Shown piece after piece: positions 8,596 through 19,452 of a stretch of DNA of 64,000 bases. The notes beneath the pieces were generated by a model. The model made no database searches and was not told where the DNA came from. It saw only the letters and a program-made list of their open reading frames with translations. A program made the translations under genes and the position numbers. The stretch comes from a virus, in the IMG/VR virus record IMGVR_UViG_3300009502_000026, positions 30,091-94,090 of that record, one strand, 5' to 3'. Each line of letters begins with the position of its first letter. Positions within the stretch are counted from its first letter, which is position 1.

Positions 8596-9581
8596 CAGTA
8601 GATCGGGTCAATCCCGCCCCATGGAAGCCAGAAGTCACCCATTGCAATCAGGTTCTTGGTCCCACCATTCTCGTCAGCAGTGGCCCCCTGGAAGATCGGG
8701 GTGTTGTACTGCATCCTGAAGAGATGGCTCATTCCCTTGTATGGATACCGGAGCTTGTCAACCATCTTGGGCTGACCATCGGGGGGCATGGGGAAGACAT
8801 ACCAGGACTCACAGCCACCATTGTAGTCCCCATTGGGTACCCACCCCATCCAGAGACCTGGAATCGTGGTAGCTACACCATTGACACTGGTACGACCCCC
8901 AATAGAGCCATACTGTGTGTTGGTACGCCCGATCATGTACTGGTATCTGAGGGTGATGTAAAGCCCGTTATCGTAGGTCTTCCAATAGGCATGGTGAAGA
9001 ATGTAGGGATTGGTGTCCCAATTGAAGATGGGAGTCCCCTTGTCCAGGCCAAAGAAGAAGAGAGGATTACCCCCCAGGTAGAGAGGCCACCCACTCATCC
9101 AGAAACAGTAACCCTCAGCAGCATCACCTACCACTGCATGGAAACGATAGGTCCCATTGTCAGGGATCAACCGCCAATCCCAGTTGGTGGAATCGGACCA
9201 CATATCCCCATCCGTGGCAGTGGGTACCTCAGTGGGAGAACCCCCAGTGACGAACCCAGCGGACAGAGACCAGTAGACCTTGAAGGTGTTGTAATTGTAT
9301 GGGTAGTGGTAGACAAGGAACTCAAACTTGTTCCCATACGAATCTGTAGGCATCCTGAAACGAATCCAGGAATTGTTGTTGTTGAACCCCAAGGCACCAG
9401 GCTTCCAGGTACTTACAGGACCGGGGACAATAGTGCCATCCACTGTATTCCCCCAGCCATTAACACCATCCCCAGATCCAACCTGAGTCCAGCCCGCTGC
9501 AACAAGACGTTCGAATAGCAGCCACCAGGCATGGAAGCAATCCGTAGGGTTCTTGTTGGTGTTTGTTGTATCCCAAGCCAT
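8595..9581 (-). CDS. Family A fibre-associated protein
   Basis: Close paralog of 9597..10613 (EGYCFWMSGW..., PLFFFGLDK, FWLPW.G.DP). Confidence 0.8.
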   Translation of the reverse strand: MAWDTTNTNKNPTDCFHAWWLLFERLVAAGWTQVGSGDGVNGWGNTVDGTIVPGPVSTWKPGALGFNNNNSWIRFRMPTDSYGNKFEFLVYHYPYNYNTFKVYWSLSAGFVTGGSPTEVPTATDGDMWSDSTNWDWRLIPDNGTYRFHAVVGDAAEGYCFWMSGWPLYLGGNPLFFFGLDKGTPIFNWDTNPYILHHAYWKTYDNGLYITLRYQYMIGRTNTQYGSIGGRTSVNGVATTIPGLWMGWVPNGDYNGGCESWYVFPMPPDGQPKMVDKLRYPYKGMSHLFRMQYNTPIFQGATADENGGTKNLIAMGDFWLPWGGIDPIY

Positions 9582-9596
9582 TGTCCTACCTCACCC

Positions 9597-10613
9597 TCAC
9601 ATCACCGGGTCGGAACCGTTCCAAGGAAGCCAGAATTCGTGTAGAAGCATCCAGTTCTTGGTGCCACCATCCATGTTGGCAGTTGCCCCTGTTGGGAGAG
9701 TGCCAGACATGAGAAGTCTGAACATGGTACCGACACCCTTTGTGGTGTAATGACACTCCAAAGCCTGATCAGGTGTTCCCGGAGGGAGTGCTGGGTACGT
9801 GTACCTGGCACCGTACAGGCCGTAGATGTTCCCATCGGCGTAGTACATGGGAACCAGGATAGGCAGGTAGGTCATGGTCCCTGGCAGGGTGCTGGTCCTA
9901 CCCATGAGGGTCTGACCCATCACGTTGCAGTTGTCGTGATGTGCAGCGTTCATGCCTAGGTGCCTGTAGGCAGTCAAAATGCACGGGTTATCCGCCCAGC
10001 CGTTGTGTATTCCCCTCTCGCCCACATGGAAGACGTAGGGGAACGTGTCTCCTGCCAGACGGGTGCTGTCAGCAAGCTTGTCCAGCCCAAAGAAGAACAG
10101 GGGCCGATCACCAACGAACACGTACCAACCACTCATCCAGAAGCAGTAGCCTTCATCAGCCCCACCAGCCACGACATGCTGCCGATAGGTCCCTGGCCCA
10201 GGGAGGAAGGTGTAGTTCGTTGGGTAGAGACGACGGACTTCATCCGTTGCACTGGGTCGAATGGTCACATCAGGAGTACCCGAAACAAAGCGGTCAAAGG
10301 GTGACCAGTACAGGTACCAATTGCAACTATCCCCGCCACGCTGGATGATGATCTCAATCCTGTTGCCGTCAGCATCACCTTCATCAGGGACAGGCATTGC
10401 CAACCGAACCCAACTACCATCCGTATGGTAGTCAGCCGCACTTGCTACAGGGCCGGGTACAACGGTGCCACCATTGGCAGTGTTGGCCCATGTGGCACCG
10501 TTACCAGAACCCTTCTGAATCCAACCAACGTTCTTGAGTGCAGAAACGAGGTTCCACATGGTCTCGTAGCTGTCAGCGGGAAACAGATTGGCGTAATCAA
10601 AGTTCCAGGCCAT
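9597..10613 (-). CDS. Family A fibre-associated protein
   Basis: Paralog of 8595..9581; lies directly downstream of a collagen gene. Confidence 0.8.
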   Translation of the reverse strand: MAWNFDYANLFPADSYETMWNLVSALKNVGWIQKGSGNGATWANTANGGTVVPGPVASAADYHTDGSWVRLAMPVPDEGDADGNRIEIIIQRGGDSCNWYLYWSPFDRFVSGTPDVTIRPSATDEVRRLYPTNYTFLPGPGTYRQHVVAGGADEGYCFWMSGWYVFVGDRPLFFFGLDKLADSTRLAGDTFPYVFHVGERGIHNGWADNPCILTAYRHLGMNAAHHDNCNVMGQTLMGRTSTLPGTMTYLPILVPMYYADGNIYGLYGARYTYPALPPGTPDQALECHYTTKGVGTMFRLLMSGTLPTGATANMDGGTKNWMLLHEFWLPWNGSDPVM

Positions 10614-10621
10614 GACTTCCC

Positions 10622-11359
10622 CTAGGTGTACGCAACACCCACCTGTGCAGTGAGTGTTGTCGTATCTGTTGGGCTGCTTCCGGTAGCCTTAGTTGCCACC
10701 ATTGACAACCAATAGGTTCCAGGAGACAGAGTGATCAGGGGGACCGTGAACACAGCCCCCGTAGTTGAGGAGATTGTGGTTGGGTAGGGTGGGTCAAGAA
10801 CACTCAACCCAGTTGTCCGGTCAATTAGGTCTACCTTCCAACTGCAACCACTTGATACCTGACCAAACCCTTGGAACTCAAGGTACAAGGTCATTCCAAC
10901 AGGAACCGTGTACCAGCCTGTTAGAAGAACTGTAGCCCCAGCCTCAACAGATCCCGGGTCCATGGTTGAGAACAACGAACAGATCGGGAGAGGTCCAACA
11001 CTTCCATCCGGGCCTGAAGGCCCCCTTGGGCCTGAAGGGCCAGATGGACCCTCTGGACCAGATGGGCCCTCTGTGCCCGACGGTCCGGGACTACCTGAAG
11101 GACCCTCCGGTCCTGGTGGTCCTGATGGCCCACCGGGAGATCCCGAAGGACCCTCTGGTCCTGACACTCCACGGGGACCTGAAGGACCAGAGGGACCTGA
11201 TGGTCCCAGTGAACCTGATGGTCCAGGCAATCCTTGAGGCCCTTGACGAGGATAAACAGGTACCCACGAAGTACCATTCCAGACTGGCATCTGACCGGGC
11301 AACGCACTCGGCCAGAGTGTCTCCAGAACTTGGTCTAATCTCCTTCGTAGAACCGACAT
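10622..11359 (-). CDS. Collagen-like fibre protein
   Basis: GPS/GPE triplets. N-terminus [30 protein letters not shown] is shared with 14995..16095. Confidence 0.85.
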   Translation of the reverse strand: MSVLRRRLDQVLETLWPSALPGQMPVWNGTSWVPVYPRQGPQGLPGPSGSLGPSGPSGPSGPRGVSGPEGPSGSPGGPSGPPGPEGPSGSPGPSGTEGPSGPEGPSGPSGPRGPSGPDGSVGPLPICSLFSTMDPGSVEAGATVLLTGWYTVPVGMTLYLEFQGFGQVSSGCSWKVDLIDRTTGLSVLDPPYPTTISSTTGAVFTVPLITLSPGTYWLSMVATKATGSSPTDTTTLTAQVGVAYT

Positions 11360-11439
11360 TTGGAACTCTTACCTCACAAGAGCATCAAAGGAATACCGGA
11401 GACTAAGCAATAAACCTAAACTCCGAAAGACATGAAACT

Positions 11440-12384
11440 CTATGGGGTGGTGTAGGAGACGTTGACGTTTGCAGATGTGTACAGAGTCCCACCCCCAGCA
11501 ATACTCAAACAGAACAGAGCAATACGCCTAGGAGTGATCAACGTGAACGTAGTGATGAATGTAGTAAGAACGTCACTCACTACAGGCCCAGGCACCGCTA
11601 GGATATCTCCTGTATCCACATCCCACAAAGACAAGACGGCCCCCGCAGAATCAGCTACAGTAAGCCTAGCCATGACCTCAATACTGAACTCAGTGGTATA
11701 ACCTACTTTGGTGAACCTAGAGGGGTTCACTAAAGTGATATCAGAGACTCTCTTGATAGTGGCAGGTAGTGAAGAATCACCACTACCCAACTCAACAACA
11801 CTAGGTCCAGGATACCCTACAGCACCTGTTGGACCGGATGGCCCTAATGGACCTGATGGACCTGATGGACCTGACGGACCAGGATCACCTTGGGGACCCG
11901 AGGGACCCGAAGGTCCAGGGTCGCCTTGAGTGCCTGATGGACCTGAAGGCCCAGGGTCACCTTGCAGTCCAGAAGGTCCCGAAGGTCCTGATGGACCCGA
12001 AGGCCCAAGGTCACCCTGCGGGCCTGACGGGCCTGATGGTCCCGATGGACCTGTACTACCCGTTGGACCCGAAGGACCCGAGGGTCCTGTGGGGCCTGTT
12101 AGACCTACGGGGCCTGATGGACCTGATGGCCCGGAGGGCCCCGAAGGGCCTTGAATACCCTGAATACCTTGGATGCCTTGGATACCCTGGGGTCCGGTAG
12201 CTCCCCGCAAGCCTATACCAACTGGACCTGGAGGACCACTCGGCCCACTTGGTCCACTTGGACCTATGGAACCTGGAGGGGGATACCCGGGTACCCATTG
12301 AAAACCATTCCAGACAGGAACCTGCCCTGGTTGTGGGTTCGGCCAAAGTCTCTCAAGGATTTGAGTCAGGCTATCGGAGGGCAT
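11440..12384 (-). CDS. Collagen-like fibre protein
   Basis: Long GPS-rich Gly-X-Y tract, shared N-terminal [11 protein letters not shown] motif and shared C-terminal domain. Confidence 0.88.
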   Translation of the reverse strand: MPSDSLTQILERLWPNPQPGQVPVWNGFQWVPGYPPPGSIGPSGPSGPSGPPGPVGIGLRGATGPQGIQGIQGIQGIQGPSGPSGPSGPSGPVGLTGPTGPSGPSGPTGSTGPSGPSGPSGPQGDLGPSGPSGPSGPSGLQGDPGPSGPSGTQGDPGPSGPSGPQGDPGPSGPSGPSGPLGPSGPTGAVGYPGPSVVELGSGDSSLPATIKRVSDITLVNPSRFTKVGYTTEFSIEVMARLTVADSAGAVLSLWDVDTGDILAVPGPVVSDVLTTFITTFTLITPRRIALFCLSIAGGGTLYTSANVNVSYTTP

Positions 12385-12413
12385 TGGTTCCTACATTCCT
12401 CAACCATAAGATG

Positions 12414-12905
12414 CTAAGTGAGTTGCCTCACGTAGACAATGGAACCTGCCCTCAAAGCCCCCCCATGCCATTGTAACCCTGTAGGATCAGGTGCATCATT
12501 GGCACTCCAGTCTACAGGTTTACTGTCACTATCCCGAATTGCCGTCATCAGGAAGGTAGAGACAGTTGGGATAAGACCGTCCTGGGGGAGGGCAATAGGT
12601 TGTGAGGACACCATGAAAAGTGTAGCTTCAACAAAGCTAGTGTCATCCAGAGTAACCGTGTAAGTCCTTACCGGAACGACAAGAACACTAGAGGGTGTAC
12701 GGTCTGGAATTATGACAGGTTTGAGAAGCCCCACATACATCACAGGATCATTAAAACTAGTATCTTCAGGTTCTACAGGATGAGTGACTGTAGGAATCAA
12801 CTGAACAGCCGGGGTCAAATTCGGCAGAACAATGTACTTACTCCTGATAGGGAACAGAGGAGCACACGGATTGGTGTCAGGAAGATTGATCCCGTAGTCA
12901 GTCAT
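12414..12905 (-). CDS. Fibre-cassette protein (longer, family B-like) with an internal duplication
   Basis: Two similar segments (PAVQLIPTVTHPVEPEDTSF / SSVLVVPVRTYTVTLDDTSF); occupies the family B position. Confidence 0.6.
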   Translation of the reverse strand: MTDYGINLPDTNPCAPLFPIRSKYIVLPNLTPAVQLIPTVTHPVEPEDTSFNDPVMYVGLLKPVIIPDRTPSSVLVVPVRTYTVTLDDTSFVEATLFMVSSQPIALPQDGLIPTVSTFLMTAIRDSDSKPVDWSANDAPDPTGLQWHGGALRAGSIVYVRQLT

Positions 12906-12917
12906 CGAACCCTCCCG

Positions 12918-13940
12918 TTACGGGGGTGGGAGACAGATAGGTTGTGTGCTGTTCCCAGACCATGGGAGGATGACCTTATTGAAAACCACCCAGTCCATGA
13001 TTGGTGGGGGAGTCAGGTCTGTGGAAAGAGCCGTTCCAGAAGCGAACAGAGGAGCATTCCACATCACCGATGCAAGCACTCCCTTGGTACAACTGTAGGA
13101 GTAGACAGTAGACCGAAGAAGAGTCACCTTCAAGGGATTGTACATCCCATGAACATCAGGTCCAGTAGCCTGATCACTAGCAGGAACACTGAGACTGTTT
13201 GCATTCCCACTGAAGGGCAACATTCTCCAGTTGCCTCTAGCAGCAATGGTCTTATCAATCCAACCGCTACCTGTCCAAGAGTCTGTACCACAACAAGAGG
13301 CATAACCCCCAGGTCCACCATAAGGAGTATCAGTACCCTGGGATAGAGTGTAGTAGGGGTCAATGTCATCTGCCCTGGAGATGTTCACCTTTGCCAACAT
13401 CAGGAGAACTAGGTTCTCCCAAGCTGTACCCCACAGGAACATGTAGAAGTCCTGGATGTCACTACCTGCCTTGTCAAATGCAATCAGGTTAGCTACATAC
13501 GTCCCGTTGGCAGGGAAGACAACATGGTATTCTGAAACCCAACCGGGAGGGCCAGACTCTCCATTTACATCTCTCACACAGAAGGGCCGAGCATCCTCTG
13601 GTTGGTCCGGGAGAGAACCATCTCCAGCGGTGTAGCCGAGGGACTTCCAACCTTCAGTGGTGTACCAGACTTTCCAGACGTTGCTACCCTGGTTGAAGAA
13701 GCACACCCCACGGGACAATCCATCAGTACCCTGTTGGATCTCCACGTATGCGTATTGGCTCTGGAGGGAATCTGCCATGAAGCCAGCCCCACCTTCAATT
13801 CTTCCTCCAGGAGTCCCAGGAGTCCCATCTGACCAAGCACAGATAGTGTAGCTACAGTTGGCAACTAGATATAGAACTACCTGTTCAAACCAACCATGGT
13901 CGGTGGCAGGGAACTGATTGATTAGACTATGCTGTGCCAT
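12918..13940 (-). CDS. Family A fibre-associated protein
   Basis: Close paralog of 13950..14984 (NQFPAT, GLSRGV, QDFYMFLW, ADD.DPYY, PW....QP.C). Confidence 0.8.
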   Translation of the reverse strand: MAQHSLINQFPATDHGWFEQVVLYLVANCSYTICAWSDGTPGTPGGRIEGGAGFMADSLQSQYAYVEIQQGTDGLSRGVCFFNQGSNVWKVWYTTEGWKSLGYTAGDGSLPDQPEDARPFCVRDVNGESGPPGWVSEYHVVFPANGTYVANLIAFDKAGSDIQDFYMFLWGTAWENLVLLMLAKVNISRADDIDPYYTLSQGTDTPYGGPGGYASCCGTDSWTGSGWIDKTIAARGNWRMLPFSGNANSLSVPASDQATGPDVHGMYNPLKVTLLRSTVYSYSCTKGVLASVMWNAPLFASGTALSTDLTPPPIMDWVVFNKVILPWSGNSTQPICLPPP

Positions 13941-13949
13941 GACAGACTC

Positions 13950-14984
13950 CTAGACCGGGTTCCGGCAGAGAGGTTGAGTTCCATCTTCCCAAGGGAATAC
14001 CAGACGACCCTGGACTACATAGTCCCTGGAAGGAGGGGGTCCGAGGGTTGTAGAGAAAGATGTACCTGTGCCGAAGTTGGTGGCATTCCAGTACATATTC
14101 TTGAGAGACCCCTTGGGGAGGTTAGGGTAGTTACTATCACCGTTACGTCCAATCAAAATTCTTGAAGGGTGATATCTACCATGGGCATCTTGTGTGTAAC
14201 CACATCCAGGATTACCAATAGCCCCATTACTCCATGTTGTATTAGGGGCAAAGTAAGCTGATCGGTATGTACCATTGTTGATAGGATTGTTCCTATTGAA
14301 CCATGCAGACCCAGTATGCCATTCATTCTCACCCGTAAGATTCAACATAGAATCAAGACCGTAAGAAGTATCAACCCCAAGGTGCATGGGATAATACGGA
14401 TCAACGTCGTCAGCTAGAGCAATGTTGATCCTTGCCAACATCAGGAAACCTTGGGAAGACCAATTTATGTTCCACAGGAACATGTAGAAGTCCTGTGTGT
14501 CCCCCCCGGCTGTGTCATAACCAATGATGCTAGCTGTATAGGTGTTGTCCCCAGGCATCGTATAATTTCTCTCATTAGTGTATGCAGGAGGGGGTGCATC
14601 CACATTCCAAGAAGTCATGTTGAAGGGTCGGCAATCATTGGGTGCATCCGGTACGTTGTAGGTACCCAAGCCACCCCCCGTACTGTTCCAACCACTCACT
14701 GTGTATCGAACTACCCAGTAGTGAGAGGCATTACTGATGTTCTGGAAGAGCACCCCACGAGAAAGACCTCCAGGGCTCTGTTGAAGCTCAACGTAAGCAC
14801 CTTCAGTACTGAGGTCTCCTACAACCACCCCTCCCAGGATACGTCCATGGGGAGGTACAGCATCAATCCCATCACTCTGGGCAAAGATGGAGTACCCACA
14901 GTTATCCACGAGGAACTGAGCTACCGTTCTCATCCAACCTACGTTGGTTGCTGGGAACTGATTGACTAGTGTGTGCTTTGCCAT
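13950..14984 (-). CDS. Family A fibre-associated protein
   Basis: Paralog of 12918..13940 and 16694..17680. Confidence 0.8.
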   Translation of the reverse strand: MAKHTLVNQFPATNVGWMRTVAQFLVDNCGYSIFAQSDGIDAVPPHGRILGGVVVGDLSTEGAYVELQQSPGGLSRGVLFQNISNASHYWVVRYTVSGWNSTGGGLGTYNVPDAPNDCRPFNMTSWNVDAPPPAYTNERNYTMPGDNTYTASIIGYDTAGGDTQDFYMFLWNINWSSQGFLMLARINIALADDVDPYYPMHLGVDTSYGLDSMLNLTGENEWHTGSAWFNRNNPINNGTYRSAYFAPNTTWSNGAIGNPGCGYTQDAHGRYHPSRILIGRNGDSNYPNLPKGSLKNMYWNATNFGTGTSFSTTLGPPPSRDYVVQGRLVFPWEDGTQPLCRNPV

Positions 14985-14994
14985 CGAAATCTCC

Positions 14995-16095
14995 CTATGG
15001 GATCAGCCCGAAATCAACATGAACCTCTGCCGAAACAAACACCCTATCCGCCGATGTGCTCCCACCAGACAATGACCTAGAAATAAGCACCATCCTCTTG
15101 GAACTATGAGAAGCTGGGGGGTCAATGAAACTACGGTTGAGGTTTACTATGTACAAAGTGGGTGTGGTAGCCGACGTAGTTATGGGACTAACGGAGAGAA
15201 GAGACGTTGAAGGGTCTTCAGGTCTCACAAGGTCCAGGGTTGCATCAGTCAGAGTGCCTGTGATGTAAGCTATCATCCTAAGAGTCAGTACAATTCGATA
15301 TCCAAAAGGAGGGATATAGTCATCTAGGGTAATCAAAGGAGAATACCCTAGCTGGGTAGTACCATTGAAAGAGGTATCCCCAGAACCCATGGAGATAGAA
15401 GTAGGCCCCTGAAAACCTCTTGGTCCAGAAGGTCCTAATTCACCTTGAGGACCGGATGGCCCTAATGGACCGGATGGACCCGAAGGCCCAAGGTTACCTT
15501 GTGGACCAGATGGACCCAAGGGGCCTGAAGGACCGGATGGACCCGAGGGTCCTATAGTCCCCTGCGGGCCTGATGGTCCTGACGGGCCCAAAGGCCCAGA
15601 TGTACCTTGAGGGCCTGATGGTCCCGAAGGTCCAGTTGGACCTGATGTGCCTGGATTACCTTGTGGACCTGAAACACCTTGGGGACCGGAAGGGCCTGTA
15701 GGCCCCGAGGGACCGGGATAACCTCTTGGACCTGATGGACCTGACGGACCTGACGGACCTAATGGTCCTGACGGGCCAGGATCACCTTGAGGGCCTGATG
15801 GTCCAGAAGATCCTATTCCCCGTGGACCTCTTGGCCCTGTAGGTCCTTCAATTCCTTGGATACCTTGAATACCCTGCGGTCCAGAAGGACCAGAGACACC
15901 TGGGTCACCTTGAATACCCTGTGGACCACTTGGACCCAAAGGCCCACTAGGTCCAATTGGACCTGTCGGTCCCGAGGAACCTCCAGGATATGCCGGAACC
16001 CATGCAGTCCCATCCCATATTGGAATCTGACCGGGTAACGCATTCGGCCAGATTGTTTCCAAAATCTGGTCTAGCTGTCTCCGTAGGACCGACAT
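14995..16095 (-). CDS. Collagen-like fibre protein (longest GPS tract)
   Basis: About 190 aa of Gly-X-Y; N-terminus nearly identical to 10622..11359. Confidence 0.88.
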   Translation of the reverse strand: MSVLRRQLDQILETIWPNALPGQIPIWDGTAWVPAYPGGSSGPTGPIGPSGPLGPSGPQGIQGDPGVSGPSGPQGIQGIQGIEGPTGPRGPRGIGSSGPSGPQGDPGPSGPLGPSGPSGPSGPRGYPGPSGPTGPSGPQGVSGPQGNPGTSGPTGPSGPSGPQGTSGPLGPSGPSGPQGTIGPSGPSGPSGPLGPSGPQGNLGPSGPSGPLGPSGPQGELGPSGPRGFQGPTSISMGSGDTSFNGTTQLGYSPLITLDDYIPPFGYRIVLTLRMIAYITGTLTDATLDLVRPEDPSTSLLSVSPITTSATTPTLYIVNLNRSFIDPPASHSSKRMVLISRSLSGGSTSADRVFVSAEVHVDFGLIP

Positions 16096-16133
16096 TAGGA
16101 CTCCTACTCCACGAGTTGATCGGGGAACTATCG

Positions 16134-16376
16134 TTACAGGTGAGTGAGTGACTTCATGGATCGAATTTCATCCACGAAACTCAAAGCACTTACCTTAGCT
16201 ACCCGATTGAAGTAGTCCCGTTTCAAGTCCTTGATGGAATCAATCTTCTCGAAACAGAAGTATACCCTATCTCCTTCTCGGACTGTCTCCTTGAATGGAA
16301 CTCCTGCTACCTTGAGGTATGCAGCGTAGTAAAGGTCTGAAGTCTTGTAAAAGGAGTCATCAAAGGGAGAAGCCAT
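16134..16376 (-). CDS. DUF5659-like small protein
   Basis: [12 protein letters not shown]...GDRVYFCF pattern. Confidence 0.7.
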   Translation of the reverse strand: MASPFDDSFYKTSDLYYAAYLKVAGVPFKETVREGDRVYFCFEKIDSIKDLKRDYFNRVAKVSALSFVDEIRSMKSLTHL

Positions 16377-16451
16377 GTCTGGACCTATGCTCCTCTGAAT
16401 ACTACCCAGTTTATTACTGAGTAGGGTAGGTTCAGAGAAGACATTAGGATT

Positions 16452-16685
16452 TCAGTTGGCACGCCAGAAGATAGTGATGCCAATAGGTTTTGGGGTGCCC
16501 CCTGTAGGGTCAGTGGATGTCCATGCCTTGAAGCCCACAGTCAGTCCTGAGCCTTCCCAACGATAGGTGACAGTAGGACCACTTGACGGAAAAGCACCCT
16601 GGAATGATGTCAGCATACGGGTGCTTGGCACCATTCCAGGCAGTACTGGAGGGGAGACAATTGGTTCCATGTAAAAATCAGACAT
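16452..16685 (-). CDS. Small fibre-cassette protein (family B)
   Basis: VTYRWEG...WTSTDPTGGTPKPIGITIFWRAN, paralog of 6045..6281. Confidence 0.72.
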   Translation of the reverse strand: MSDFYMEPIVSPPVLPGMVPSTRMLTSFQGAFPSSGPTVTYRWEGSGLTVGFKAWTSTDPTGGTPKPIGITIFWRAN

Positions 16686-16693
16686 ACTATCTC

Positions 16694-17680
16694 CTACGGG
16701 GTTGCCAGGGGAGCCGTGGTGTCACCAGTCCAGGGCATGATGAATTCGCTGAAGCACACCCCGATCTTATTGGCAGTCCCCAAGGCTACTAGAGGCTGCC
16801 CAGTACCAATCACATTTACGTTTGGATTGATACCCACGTTGGGGATATACCCCTTGGTCTCTGTATCATTGATAACACCGGAACCACCATAGTTATAGGG
16901 TCTGGCTAGATGAACCGAAGGGGGATGGTAAGCTCCATTCACGTCCGCTCCGAACCATGTTCCGGCGAACATGTCCTGGTTTTGAGTAATATAGAATTGT
17001 GTCGTGATGGTTCGATAGTTACCTCCAACAACCTTCCTCCCACACCATCCCGTAAAACAGAGGGTAGGAGTGTAGAACATGTCCGATGAACCCGTACTTT
17101 CGGCACGGGCACAATTAGTCCCAGTTGCCATCCGGTACACAAATGGTTCCGAATCATTAGAACGCTCGATCACAACGGCAAACATCCCAAACATGAAATG
17201 GGGGTTCCACGAGGTACCCCAAGCGAAAGACATGAATCTCCCATCAGTGGAATCCACGAAAGCGTGACAGGCACTTGTACCATCTGCCGGGAATGCCATT
17301 GCCACAACAGGAGTGTCAGCATTATAGATATTGAGTGTAAAGGACTTTGCTAAAGTGTCCACACCCATACCCGGTGTGGTAATGGTTTCAGTTATACCAT
17401 CCCATCCCTTAATGGCATTGAGCATCTTCCATGCAGTAGGGGAAACAGCATTGGTACACCAAAATGCAACCCCACGAGAGGACACCGTATGTGTCAATTC
17501 CACCCAGGCATTTGTGTGTGCTAGGGTTCCCGATGGAAGGGGTCCACCAGTATATTTACTAGTACCATCCGAATAATATGATACTTCATACCCCCCAGAC
17601 GTGACTAGGAGACCAACCACAGTCTCCATCCACTCAGGAATCGTTGAGGGAAACTGATTGACTAGGTACACCTGAGACAT
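16694..17680 (-). CDS. Family A fibre-associated protein
   Basis: VNQFPST...SRGVAF...IMPWTG. Confidence 0.78.
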   Translation of the reverse strand: MSQVYLVNQFPSTIPEWMETVVGLLVTSGGYEVSYYSDGTSKYTGGPLPSGTLAHTNAWVELTHTVSSRGVAFWCTNAVSPTAWKMLNAIKGWDGITETITTPGMGVDTLAKSFTLNIYNADTPVVAMAFPADGTSACHAFVDSTDGRFMSFAWGTSWNPHFMFGMFAVVIERSNDSEPFVYRMATGTNCARAESTGSSDMFYTPTLCFTGWCGRKVVGGNYRTITTQFYITQNQDMFAGTWFGADVNGAYHPPSVHLARPYNYGGSGVINDTETKGYIPNVGINPNVNVIGTGQPLVALGTANKIGVCFSEFIMPWTGDTTAPLATP

Positions 17681-17713
17681 GGCTTGACCTACCCCTCACT
17701 ATGGGTGTTACTA

Positions 17714-19351
17714 TTAGGTGTAAGTAACCTTGACGTTGGCTGAAGAGTAGAGAGTACCACCACCAGCAATTGACACACAGAACAGGGCAATACGCCGAAT
17801 GGCAGCAACAGCAAACGTAGCTGTGAAAGTTGTAAGTGCAACTCCCAACACGGGACCCGGAGCAGCAAGAGGGGCCAATGTATCTACATCCATTAGAGAC
17901 AATACTGCCCCAGCCGGGTCCGCTACGTCTAGTTTAGCAAATACCTCCAAAGTAAAGACAGGGGTGAAACCTACCTTAGAGAACTGGGCAGGATCAATCA
18001 AGAGAATGTTAGATACCCTAGTCAAAAGTGCCGGGGCTGCACTATCCCCACTACCTAGATCAAGGACACTAAATCCCGGATCGACAGGAGCACTAGAGGG
18101 GCCAGAAGGACCCAGGAAGAGAATCTTACATAGGGTTCCAACACCCCCCCAAGTTTCAACCGAGTAACCTACAACAACTACAGAGTTAGTAGCACCCGGA
18201 GGGGCCGTAGCTGTAACCGTGCCTGCCGTTGTGGCAGACATATAGAGCTTTGTACCAGGAAGAATTGCTCCATGCCCTGCTTCAATTGCTACAGAGCACA
18301 TAGTCCCTGCCATTGCAACCTTGTCAATGCAAGGAGAAGAAGCTACACACGTTGCTGTGATCAGAATACCCGCACAATTCTGACCAGGGGCTGTTGCATT
18401 AGACAAAGCAATCCTGCCAACACCTACAAGATCAAGGAGACTGACAACACTCCCAACTGCCATTGGAGTATCAGACATAACAGAGAAGTTGGCAGACATG
18501 GTATCACCCTTGAGATGGGTTTTACCACCATTCCCGTCCACCACAACCCCAGTACCCGTCAGAGTGCCTACCCCTGAAGTTCCATCTACGGTGGCTGCTA
18601 CACCAGAGACCGAAGCGAGACCCGCAGTTCCCGTCAACGAGGCTGTGGAAGCTCCGGTTACCGAGACACTGTTTCCGGTGGATGTAACCGAGATGGGCTG
18701 GACAGACTGCATCGTGAGGGATGTACCCCCCGTGTGATTGATCAGTGCAACAGCCGCACTGAGAACCAAAGATCCTGCCCCACTAAGGGTCATGTCACTA
18801 GCAAAGATAGGGACATCTGCCCCTACCGTTATATCATCTGCCCCGGTGTTGTAGGCAAACCTGAACCCAGTTGCTTCCTGCCAGAAACAACCCGCTGTAT
18901 CCCTAGCAACACCAGCAATATCTCCACGATGAATGGAGAAGCCAGTAATCAGAGCCGGAACAGGAGTTCCAGGACCCGCTGCCCAATTGAAGTGGACTAC
19001 TCGATCAGCAATGTCTACAACCGTAGAGTTTACGGTAGTAGTTGTGCCATTGACAGTAAGATCACCTGTAATGGTGACCTTACCAGAACCCAGGAATTCA
19101 TAGGTTGGATTGTCTACACCATTACCGAAGCTGATCTTCTGAGCAGCCGGTGTCAAGTCAATATGAAAATAGGGCTTGACCCCTCCAGAGAAGATGTAGA
19201 AGGAGTTAGCCAGACCAACTCCAGTCATGTTGAAGTAAATCTGGTCAAACGTCATGCCGAACAGAGGACCAGAATCCACCGGAGCAAGAGTCCCAAGAGC
19301 GGAACCACCAGGGAACCTACCAGCGAGGAGTTGTTCTACGGACGTGGACAT
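17714..19351 (-). CDS. Fibre/decoration protein with the shared C-terminal domain
   Basis: ITGDLTVNGTTTTVNST fibre motif, a capsid-cement-like PGTKLYMS..AG segment and a C-terminus homologous to the collagen proteins. Confidence 0.75.
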   Translation of the reverse strand: MSTSVEQLLAGRFPGGSALGTLAPVDSGPLFGMTFDQIYFNMTGVGLANSFYIFSGGVKPYFHIDLTPAAQKISFGNGVDNPTYEFLGSGKVTITGDLTVNGTTTTVNSTVVDIADRVVHFNWAAGPGTPVPALITGFSIHRGDIAGVARDTAGCFWQEATGFRFAYNTGADDITVGADVPIFASDMTLSGAGSLVLSAAVALINHTGGTSLTMQSVQPISVTSTGNSVSVTGASTASLTGTAGLASVSGVAATVDGTSGVGTLTGTGVVVDGNGGKTHLKGDTMSANFSVMSDTPMAVGSVVSLLDLVGVGRIALSNATAPGQNCAGILITATCVASSPCIDKVAMAGTMCSVAIEAGHGAILPGTKLYMSATTAGTVTATAPPGATNSVVVVGYSVETWGGVGTLCKILFLGPSGPSSAPVDPGFSVLDLGSGDSAAPALLTRVSNILLIDPAQFSKVGFTPVFTLEVFAKLDVADPAGAVLSLMDVDTLAPLAAPGPVLGVALTTFTATFAVAAIRRIALFCVSIAGGGTLYSSANVKVTYT

Positions 19352-19424
19352 TGCAGGGACTCCCTTTCAGGATGTTGCTCAGGTGTCAATCTAACTGAGA
19401 GGATCAAATAGCTATTGAACCAAA

Positions 19425-19452
19425 GCACCCCTGTATGAATACAGGAGAGTGC
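19425..19452 (-). terminator. Possible intrinsic terminator
   Basis: Minus-strand hairpin GCACTCTCCTGTA-TTCA-TACAGGGGTGC followed by TTTGGTT; lies just upstream of a class B motif at 19403..19415. Confidence 0.45.

Noticed and set aside
16393-16438. Imperfect hairpin between 16452..16685 and the DUF5659-like gene as a terminator
   Set aside because: No T-tract and several mismatches; too weak to call.
6278-17680. Diversity-generating retroelement or invertase shufflon acting on family A genes
   Set aside because: No reverse transcriptase or recombinase in the window, no near-identical TR/VR pair with A-specific mismatches noticed, and all cassettes have the same orientation.
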